Assembly (NCBI GenBank): GCA_033762115.1
Contig: JANRLX010000036.1
Span: 1 to 43,408 of the forward strand
DNA: 43,408 nucleotides
Direction of reading: 5' to 3'
Source of the DNA: Verrucomicrobiota bacterium
GTDB taxonomy: Bacteria; Verrucomicrobiota; Verrucomicrobiia; Limisphaerales; SXQI01
Under the pieces are notes generated by a model that was given only the letters and a program-made list of their open reading frames with translations, was not told the origin of the DNA and ran no database searches. The translations under genes and the position numbers were made by a program. Below are positions 36,310-43,408 of the stretch, in pieces (position 1 is the stretch's first letter; the number at the start of each line of letters is the position of its first letter).

Positions 36310-37406
36310 GTGACGTGCTTTACCCAATCTCATTGATCCGCGAAGTGCGGGTGACCCATCTGGATCGCACGGTGAGCGATTCCTTTGAGGATGGTTCCAC
36401 CAGTGCGCGGAGCTTGTGGGCAGCGCGAAGTTTCAAGCGGCGGATTGAAGTGAGGCATGCGCCCCTTTCGGCGCGGGATGAACGGCATCTGAGGGGTTTT
36501 TACGCGCAACGGAACGGGCAGCAGGACAGCTTCTGGTTTCGCGACAACGTCAATCGCGGGGGCAACGTCAAAGTGCGATTTACCGCTCCCTTAAGCGAAA
36601 CGCGGGGGCGTGGCGTTTACGAACCGGAAGTGATGCTCGAGGAAGTGGGTCCGTTGCGGCGGCAACCGGAAGTGGACGAACTCTATAATGCAGTGTCCTC
36701 AGCCAATGCCTTGCTCTGGCTGGATGCGAACCGGGAAGCGTACGTGCTTCACAGCGGGGCGGTGGTGCTGCCGAACAATTATTTGCATGATGAAACCGGC
36801 AATTACCAACCGATCTGGCAGAGCGGGAGCTTCAACCCGGACAACATCGTGCAACAGCATTGCAGCTATCGCGCCACAGGCGGGCAATGGGCCCGGACCT
36901 TCGACGATGTGACCGGCCTGAGCGGGACGCAACCGGCAGGATCGATCTTCCTCCTGGCCAAACATTCAGCGAGCTCCGGGAAACAGGTTTTGCTGGCGGT
37001 GGGAGCGATGGGAACCGGGGCGGCGATGGGAATTGCGTTGAGCGCAGCGAACGTTTACGAGCCGTGGACCGGTGGGAGTGAAACATGGACCGGGTGCGTG
37101 CAAAGCAACGCGGTGGCGAACACCTGGCGCTCGCTCGCGCTGGTGTGGGCGGCGGCGAGCAACACAGCGACCCTATACGTCAACGGGGTGAGTGTGGGCA
37201 CCGGAAGCAACACACGGAATTTTTCGCTGGGAAGGCTGGCCTTCCATGCGGCGATGGATGGGACGTTGAAGGCGAATGCGGCCGGGACGATGGCGGCCTG
37301 CGACACGCAACATGCGATGCTTTTCAACACGGCGCTGACCCTGGCCCAGGTAAAAGCGTTGCACAACATGGTGGGTTACCAATACGGGTTGGCGACCGTT
37401 TTATGA
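36306..37406 (+). CDS. Distal tail protein with C-terminal LamG-like domain
   Basis: LRGFYAQRNGQQDSFWFRD; C-terminal TWRSLALVW..ATLYVNGV..FNTALTLAQVKAL. Confidence 0.7.
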   Translation: MSDVLYPISLIREVRVTHLDRTVSDSFEDGSTSARSLWAARSFKRRIEVRHAPLSARDERHLRGFYAQRNGQQDSFWFRDNVNRGGNVKVRFTAPLSETRGRGVYEPEVMLEEVGPLRRQPEVDELYNAVSSANALLWLDANREAYVLHSGAVVLPNNYLHDETGNYQPIWQSGSFNPDNIVQQHCSYRATGGQWARTFDDVTGLSGTQPAGSIFLLAKHSASSGKQVLLAVGAMGTGAAMGIALSAANVYEPWTGGSETWTGCVQSNAVANTWRSLALVWAAASNTATLYVNGVSVGTGSNTRNFSLGRLAFHAAMDGTLKANAAGTMAACDTQHAMLFNTALTLAQVKALHNMVGYQYGLATVL

Positions 37407-37855
37407 TTATCCTGAGCAAAAACCAACTGGAAGCGTTGCTGGACGCAAATGGCATCTACGCGGAGAACGCGCTGATCCTGGATTCCCAATATGCGCTGCC
37501 AACGAAACGATGGTTGCTGAACGAGTTCGCGGTGGCGTTGCGGAATTGGTACTTCAGCCTGGGGTTGAGCGGTTACACGGCAGGGAGCAACGATTGCGAG
37601 AATTTTGCACGTGGGGCGGCGTTTTACGCGGACCTGGCGCATCGGAACTCCAGTCGCAAGAACGGAGTTGAAACGACAGGGTTAGCCTTCGGGGAATTCT
37701 GGTACCGGCAACGTGACGGCAAAGGTGGACACGCAATCAACATCGCCATCGTGGCGGAAGGAAAACCGGAAATCATTTTTTTTGAGCCGCAAACGCAGCA
37801 ACAGGTTCCTTTAATTCAACAGGAGATCGCGCCATGCATTGGATATCGATTTTAA
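37403..37855 (+). CDS. Papain-like cysteine protease (MOA/Agglutinin_C-like)
   Basis: NDCENFA ... GGHAINI ... FFEPQT Cys-His-Glu pattern. Confidence 0.7.
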   Translation: MIILSKNQLEALLDANGIYAENALILDSQYALPTKRWLLNEFAVALRNWYFSLGLSGYTAGSNDCENFARGAAFYADLAHRNSSRKNGVETTGLAFGEFWYRQRDGKGGHAINIAIVAEGKPEIIFFEPQTQQQVPLIQQEIAPCIGYRF

Positions 37856-37998
37856 ACGGAATTGCGAACGCAATCGGCTTTGTCCTGGGCGTATTGGCGA
37901 TTTGCTATTTGATCGCCTGCCTTTTGAGCGGGTGCGCAACGGGGCCGGGTGAAAGGGTGACGGTGCCATTGCCTCCAGCGGTCGAATACGCGCAGTGA
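37834..37998 (+). CDS. Small lipoprotein (54 aa, not in ORF track)
   Basis: MHWISILNGIANAIGFVLGVLAICYLIACLLSG-CATGPGERVTVPLPPAVEYAQ; GTGA overlap with next gene. Confidence 0.6.
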   Translation: MHWISILNGIANAIGFVLGVLAICYLIACLLSGCATGPGERVTVPLPPAVEYAQ

Positions 37999-39431
37999 AA
38001 ACCCTTTCAACAGGATTGGCCACGCAAGCGGCGTCGAACGAAAGTTCATGGGCTGAACTTTACGATTTCTATTTACACGCGGCAATCATCACCCCGTTTG
38101 GCACGGTCCAGATTCTTCGACTGACCACACTCCCGGGGGGGTTGAGTTTTTTCACGCCATTGACGGCACCGGAAGCGAGCGGCACCCAAGGGAACGCGGC
38201 CAGTTACGAGCATTGGGTGTTGGGCAGAAAACTGATTCGTGGATCAACCAAATTCAGTAGCGACAAACTGGCGATTGCGGCGAGCAATGTGAGCGGGGAA
38301 TGGGCGCAAATGCTGGCGGATGTGGAGTGGAACGAAGTGCCGGTGCTGATCCGGAAAGTGTCAATGGCGATCAGCAACCCGACTGCGAACGATGCGACGC
38401 CGATTTTCAGCGGGCGGGTTGACCGGGCCAAGGTGACGTTGCGCCAGATCGAATTCACCTGCAGCAATGGCCTGGCCGGGTTCAACGCGATGGTGCCACG
38501 GGAGAACATGCATGCGACCTGCCGCTTTCAATGGGCAGATGAACGGTGCGGCCAGTTGCGCTACGCGGTGGTGAATTACCAAACAAAAACGTGCGGGGCG
38601 GCATCGACCACCAGCATCGTGAAAAGCGCGGGTCTGACTGAAGACCAGGGGACGGCGGGCAGCTACGGGACCGACCTGATCGAAGCCCTGGCGGATGGAG
38701 CAATCACGACCAGTTCCCAGCAAACCGACTACGAAGGGTTCCGGGTGAAGAGCAGCTACAGCGCAACGGATCATTGGCGATTTCAGTTTTCGAATGAGTG
38801 GGGTGATTTGTTGCAGGGGTACTGGCACCTGAATGGAGAGGGTTTCGGGCTGCACAACGGAAACCGTAAACCGTGGATCCAATTCGATTTCGGGAGCGCG
38901 GTGCAGCCGCAGGTCTGGCGCATTCGCGGCCGGAACGATCTGGGTCGGGAAGTGTTGCCGCGTTTGGTCCAGATCAGCGCCTCGATGGATGACGGAGTGC
39001 TGAACTGGAACCCGATGATCTCCTACGAACTGCCACCGGAACCAGGCAAGCTGTTCGACATCCATTTGCACAATCCGCTGAGCTTGCGCTATTGGAGAAT
39101 CGGTATCCGGACACGATGGGCTGACACTCTTAATGCAAGCGCATTCTCCAAAATCGAAGCTTACGCAGCGCGACGGAACTGGTGGCAGAATGGGGCCATT
39201 CGGTTCCTTGCCAACACACCGACGGTTGCACTCAGAAACGTGAGCCGGACGGTGCTGGCGAGTTACGCTGGAGAATTGCATGTGGCTTCGCTCCCGGTGG
39301 CACCGGCAGCGGGCGACCAATTTACTATTGAGCGGGGGTGCGGCCGCACCTTCAACGATTGCGCGGTGCGGCAAAACTACAGCCACTTTGGCGGTTTCGA
39401 TTCCATGCCAACGGAGGCGACCGTCCGATGA
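37995..39431 (+). CDS. Baseplate hub (DUF2163/BR0599-like) with inserted discoidin-like domain
   Basis: CRFQWADERC and GCGRTFNDC...NYSHFGGF cysteines; WIQFDFGSAV...LRYWRIGI insert. Confidence 0.75.
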   Translation: MKTLSTGLATQAASNESSWAELYDFYLHAAIITPFGTVQILRLTTLPGGLSFFTPLTAPEASGTQGNAASYEHWVLGRKLIRGSTKFSSDKLAIAASNVSGEWAQMLADVEWNEVPVLIRKVSMAISNPTANDATPIFSGRVDRAKVTLRQIEFTCSNGLAGFNAMVPRENMHATCRFQWADERCGQLRYAVVNYQTKTCGAASTTSIVKSAGLTEDQGTAGSYGTDLIEALADGAITTSSQQTDYEGFRVKSSYSATDHWRFQFSNEWGDLLQGYWHLNGEGFGLHNGNRKPWIQFDFGSAVQPQVWRIRGRNDLGREVLPRLVQISASMDDGVLNWNPMISYELPPEPGKLFDIHLHNPLSLRYWRIGIRTRWADTLNASAFSKIEAYAARRNWWQNGAIRFLANTPTVALRNVSRTVLASYAGELHVASLPVAPAAGDQFTIERGCGRTFNDCAVRQNYSHFGGFDSMPTEATVR

Positions 39432-41518
39432 ACCTGTGCGCGATTCCCTGGAAGGAGGGCGGCAGAAGTCGTGAAACCGGCGTGGATTGCGTGGGGTTGG
39501 CGGCGCTCTTTTTGCGCGAGGAACTGGGCATCGAAGTGGCCGCACCGGCAGGGATTCGCGGCTGCGCTTCCGAGGTGGTGCCAGACCGATTCGAGGAAGA
39601 AACCCTCGAGCGCGGCGACTTGGTCTTTTTTCGGGAACGGAGCGGGAGCCGGATTTGCCATGTGGCGGTGGCCCTGGGTGAATGGAAATTCCTCAATACC
39701 TTGCGCGGTTTCGACTCACGAATCGAAAACGGAATGGCCCTGCTGCGACGGATCGGTTACGTGCCGGTGGGATCGATCAAATCCAGCGAGGCCGGAAAGC
39801 TGGCGATGGCGTTGAGCGATTCGAACATTGGCTCAGCCGCAACCATCGGCCTGATGATTTTTTCGATTGCCCTTTCGGTGGTGAGCTACGCGATCTCGCC
39901 AAAACCGCGTCTGGGTCAACGAAAGAATGACAGTGGACGCTACGGGTTCGACGCGTTGATTACGCAGAGTTCTCCAGAACTGCCGCTCCCGATCATCTAC
40001 GGCAAGGTGACGGTGGCGGGAAATTCGCCCTACCAAACCTTGATCGACCGCAGGCAGACGGTGACTGACCTGACCCAGCAGCGCAGCAACAAGGTGGTGA
40101 TTCTTGGGAGTGGCCGTGTCGTGGGGCCATTCACAAGCGGCGGGGACCGGTTGCGGATCAATGCGCTGGAATACGATAACCCTGGGCTTTTTGACGCGGC
40201 GAGCGGTCCGGACGGGATGGTGTGGAACCCGGCCCAAACGGAAGCGGAAGCAGTCACCGGAACAATTGGGGCGGAAACGAACCGACCATCGATCACATTC
40301 TACCCGGCCACACACGATATTACTGTGCCGGTAGACATCCGGGCGTGGTACGATCGGTCCTTTCCAATTTATGGGTTCAACGATTGCAATTACCTGGTCT
40401 TCCGACTGATCAATTCCGAGAAGATCAGCAGCTTCAACCTGGCTGTGACGGTGAAAGGGCGACTGTGCCGGGAGTATGATGCGAACGGCTTTAGCCTGGT
40501 GACCGTGAGCAACCAGGGATTTACCGGCGATGGAGTGAAGACGCGGTTCCTCCTGGACGCGGACCATGACGTGAAAGAGATCACGACCTTGACGGTTGGG
40601 GGTGTGGCTTACGGGCCGATGGGCCCCGGTGCTCAGGCCGGGAATGTGTACCAATTGAATGGTTACAAAGGGTACGTGGAGTTCGCTTCAGCGCCGGCCA
40701 ATGGAGCGGCCATTCTGGTGAGTTACAAGCGATACGTGAGATCGTGGAGCGACAACGGCGTGACGATCCTGATCGATCTTCTGACGGACAAGTACTCCGG
40801 CCTGGCGATGGAAGAGAGCCGGATCGATTGGTCACGGGCAGTGGAGACGCGGGATTATTGCGATGCCACGATCACCTGGCACAATTCGCTTGGAACCTAT
40901 ACGGGGAAACGATTCACGACGAACTACGTGGTCGATTCGCGGAAGCCGGTGCAGGAGCATCTCCGGGCGATTCTGGACAGTTTTTACGGTTACCTGTTTT
41001 TCTCCGGAGAGCGTTTGGTGATCAAGGCGCGGAAAAGCGAGGCGAGCGTTTTCAGCTTCAATGCCACGAATATTCTGGAGGACAGTTTTGAGTCCGAGTC
41101 GATGGATCGGCAGGAACTGGCCAACCGTGTGAAGTTGTTTTACCACGGGTCAGACACCCTGCACGCGGAGGCTGAGGCGGTGCGCGAGGATGTCAACGAT
41201 CAGCGCGACCGGATCAATCGTGCTGGATTGACCGGGGTGGTGGAGGAGACGCTGAAGCTGCCCGCGGTCGATACGTTGCAACAAGCAGAGCGCCTGGCTG
41301 AGATTGTGTTGCGGGAGGGGCTTCAGGGGAAATGGGTCGCGAAGTTTAAGACGCAGACGAAGGGGCTGGCGATTGAGCCGGGGGATGTGATCGATGTGAC
41401 GCACCCGAGCCAACCGGCGTGGTCATCGAAGCTGTTCCGGGTGGAGAATATTGGGCATGACGAGCACGACCGGATTGAACTGACTTGCTCGGAGTACCAC
41501 GCCGTGGTTTATATTTGA
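39428..41518 (+). CDS. NlpC/P60 + tail-tip (gpK-I-J-like) fusion
   Basis: GVDCVGL..GDLVFF..CHVAVALG; hydrophobic gpI-like segment; PLPIIYGKV; IEPGDVIDVTH. Confidence 0.8.
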   Translation: MNLCAIPWKEGGRSRETGVDCVGLAALFLREELGIEVAAPAGIRGCASEVVPDRFEEETLERGDLVFFRERSGSRICHVAVALGEWKFLNTLRGFDSRIENGMALLRRIGYVPVGSIKSSEAGKLAMALSDSNIGSAATIGLMIFSIALSVVSYAISPKPRLGQRKNDSGRYGFDALITQSSPELPLPIIYGKVTVAGNSPYQTLIDRRQTVTDLTQQRSNKVVILGSGRVVGPFTSGGDRLRINALEYDNPGLFDAASGPDGMVWNPAQTEAEAVTGTIGAETNRPSITFYPATHDITVPVDIRAWYDRSFPIYGFNDCNYLVFRLINSEKISSFNLAVTVKGRLCREYDANGFSLVTVSNQGFTGDGVKTRFLLDADHDVKEITTLTVGGVAYGPMGPGAQAGNVYQLNGYKGYVEFASAPANGAAILVSYKRYVRSWSDNGVTILIDLLTDKYSGLAMEESRIDWSRAVETRDYCDATITWHNSLGTYTGKRFTTNYVVDSRKPVQEHLRAILDSFYGYLFFSGERLVIKARKSEASVFSFNATNILEDSFESESMDRQELANRVKLFYHGSDTLHAEAEAVREDVNDQRDRINRAGLTGVVEETLKLPAVDTLQQAERLAEIVLREGLQGKWVAKFKTQTKGLAIEPGDVIDVTHPSQPAWSSKLFRVENIGHDEHDRIELTCSEYHAVVYI

Positions 41519-42163
41519 GGATGCACACCCATTGCAGAGACTTTGCAGGGCCAGTCCTATTATTCGCGCGCCCCCAAGATCAAGCTGCTTAAACCAGGGG
41601 GATTTTTCGTCATCGTTGAGCCTAACCGCAATATAGAGATCCGGTTTTTCCTTTGCGACGTCGTTCAGGAGCTTCGTTTCATTAAAACTCAGCAAGCTGG
41701 CATTCAGTCCCTTTGCTTTCGAATTGATTACTGTAAAAAGGCCGATTTCATCTTTCAGGGGGAGCCCGACAAACGTCATGAACGCCAGAGGAATGTCTAA
41801 TTCTGAAAGAGAGCCAAGCCGGTGCTGGCAATCAACTCTGGAGAAAATGCGGTTTTTTCCGGCGACAATTTTCAGAAGCGTTAAGCCCGATTCGGTCTGC
41901 TGCAATTTCCACCAGTGCGCCGACTCCGGCCTTAGATTGAACGTTAAGGGGATCGTCGAACTTTCCGCGCCGCGAATGTAACGGCGAAAGTCCAGGCTGT
42001 GCTTTTCATTGAACTTTCGCTGATACCCTTCGCCTGTATGTTCATTCAAAACGTCCGCGAAACTCATTGAACACAACAGGTTTGCCGGTGCGAATCCCAT
42101 AAAGACCTCGCGTCTCCCGCAGATCCCTTTGATGCCAGGGATCGTGATCTCTGATTGGTTCAT
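41423..42163 (-). CDS. DGQHR (DndB-like, ParB-fold) domain protein, probably C-terminally truncated
   Basis: GYQR, VDCQHRL, LFTVINSKAKGL, LNDDEKSPW; last ~40 codons look non-homologous and overlap the convergent tail gene by 96 bp. Confidence 0.7.
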   Translation of the reverse strand: MNQSEITIPGIKGICGRREVFMGFAPANLLCSMSFADVLNEHTGEGYQRKFNEKHSLDFRRYIRGAESSTIPLTFNLRPESAHWWKLQQTESGLTLLKIVAGKNRIFSRVDCQHRLGSLSELDIPLAFMTFVGLPLKDEIGLFTVINSKAKGLNASLLSFNETKLLNDVAKEKPDLYIAVRLNDDEKSPWFKQLDLGGARIIGLALQSLCNGCASSNINHGVVLRASQFNPVVLVMPNILHPEQLR

Positions 42164-42488
42164 ATTGGTGCGGATCGATTCAAATTTGAACTAAATCCGT
42201 TCAAATTGTTGCTGCCAGATTGAACCCTTTCAAGTAAAAAAGCTCGAAGTATCCTGTGGCGATTGGATTTTCCGTGCGAGAGGCCTTAATCCATCCTGCC
42301 ATTTACGGCGTTTGTCGGCAGATTCTCAGCCAACAATCTTGCTCTGAGGCCGTTTTAAAAGCGCGGCTTCCATGAGATCAGCGATAGACAGCATGCCTTG
42401 ATGACTTAAACGCAGTCGCGCAAAAAGTTGTTACGGTTACAAAAACCTTCCAAAAGGACAGCGAACACTTTTTCGTCGATACCAGTCG

Positions 42489-42571
42489 CATATGGCGAAC
42501 AGACTCACTCATCTATTTCGCGATTCGCCATTTAATTTTTCGCGATTCGCCATTTAATTCGCAAGAGTACA
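42489..42571 (-). repeat. Right-end transposase-binding sites (R1, R2 tandem; R3 inverted) and terminal CA
   Basis: Reads inward TGTACTCTTGCG-AATTAAATGGCGAATCGCGAA-A-AATTAAATGGCGAATCGCGAA; opposite-orientation ATGGCGAA at ~42492. Confidence 0.88.
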
Positions 42572-42592
42572 CCGTAGCATGAAGTGCGAAGG
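42572..42592. repeat. Target duplication CCGTA and right half of the split REP-like palindrome
   Basis: CCGTAGCATGAAGTGCGAAGG. Confidence 0.75.
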
Positions 42593-42623
42593 CGGGCGGC
42601 GCTGCAAGCCAGCCTCAGGTCAG

Positions 42624-42869
42624 ATGCAACAATTCTCCTACGTTTACATCCTCAAATCTGATTCTGGAGCGGAACACTTCTCTGTCAGTCTCACCAAAGA
42701 TTTAAAAGCGCGTTTGGAAAAACATAACGCTGGGGAAGTTCCCCACACCTCCAGATTTCGTCCGTGGCAAATCAAAACTGCTATTGCCTTTACCAACCGA
42801 GAGCGTGCAGCTGCCTTCGAAAATATCTGAAATCCGGCTCTGGCCGCGCGTTCGCAAAAGCACTTGTAA
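42624..42869 (+). pseudogene. GIY-YIG nuclease family gene, frameshifted
   Basis: YVYILKS...DLKARLEKHNAG..HTSRFRPW..AAAFE, then YLKSGSGRAFA continues in another frame; YIG motif reads SVS. Confidence 0.75.
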
Positions 42870-43061
42870 CCATCCGTAGCTCTAACCACCGGGAATTTGG
42901 GATTTGATTCTGAGAAGCCTTTCGCTCCACCTTTTCCAACCCTTACAACACCATAAGCTTGCAACCAGGTATGCTTTTTGTGCATAAATACTGTTGACAT
43001 ATGAATTCTCTTTTGCAACCATCACCCACATTGAAAACGACATCATGCTAACAATCCTCTT

Positions 43062-43408
43062 ATGAGCAAACGTAAACGTCTCCGCAAATTGATGCAATTG
43101 CAGGCTGCAGCCACCATCCGACAGCTCCCCGCTCCTGTTAACTCCGTTCCAGCCCCTGCCCAGACGGAGGCCAGTTCCAGCCCCGCCAGCAAACAAAAAG
43201 CCCTCACCCTCCTGTGGGATATGCTGCATCAGAAGTTGCAATCCGTCACCAACACCCCCGATTTGATCACCTGCGCCAAACTCATCGAACGATTCATGCG
43301 CATCGAACTGGCCGAACGAAAACAGGACCATGCCGAACGGAAACTCGCCCTCGCCAGGGAAAAACAGGAACTTGCCGCAAAAAAATTCGCTTTGGCCCAA
43401 CTCAAATT
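43062..43408 (+). CDS. Host hypothetical coiled-coil protein, truncated by window end
   Basis: Open from ATG 43062 (MSKRKRLRKL...) to the end of the window. Confidence 0.55.
   Translation, partial: MSKRKRLRKLMQLQAAATIRQLPAPVNSVPAPAQTEASSSPASKQKALTLLWDMLHQKLQSVTNTPDLITCAKLIERFMRIELAERKQDHAERKLALAREKQELAAKKFALAQLK

Larger units (their letters stand above)
4097..42571. mobile_element. Mu-like transposable prophage (~38.5 kb, siphovirus tail, B3/BcepMu-like divergent organisation)
   Basis: MuA/MuB-like genes, GemA, gp25-28-like genes, full head and tail set, inverted end repeats, CA at right terminus, flanking CCGTA duplication. Confidence 0.93.

Noticed and set aside
41500..42571. gin/com/mom module or invertible segment
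   Set aside because: No invertase, Mom-like gene or flanking inverted repeats recognised
42882..43400. 172-aa minus-strand ORF
   Set aside because: The plus-strand frame from 43062 gives a more plausible coiled-coil protein

Overview
About 4.1 kb of host sequence (DUF2723 membrane glycosyltransferase-like gene, ECF sigma factor with partner gene, tRNA-Ala(GGC)) precedes an apparently complete ~38.5 kb transposable (Mu-like) prophage at ~4097-42571. After it come a frameshifted GIY-YIG gene and a partial host ORF. The host gene style suggests Verrucomicrobia (Pedosphaera-like), which is inference only. The prophage has Mu-type transposase-binding repeats at both ends and a CCGTA target duplication. 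It splits a REP-like palindrome 27 bp downstream of the tRNA. Gene order is B3/BcepMu-like: a leftward early arm (Ner/Cro, MuA-like transposase, MuB-like ATPase, DNA methylase, GemA), a central XRE repressor, and a rightward late arm (Mu gp25-28-like packaging genes, HK97-type head, siphovirus tail). The most unusual points are: no TG at the left end together with an apparent D-E-E transposase; an HK97 head module with a portal-gpF fusion and a membrane-anchor-like capsid N-terminus; no recognisable endolysin but a u-spanin-like lipoprotein, a cationic peptide and a papain-like protease/lipoprotein pair; a perfect 33-bp late-promoter repeat; two small autoregulated cassettes; and many glycan-binding virion domains. 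All assignments come from reading the sequence and recognising motifs; no searches were run.
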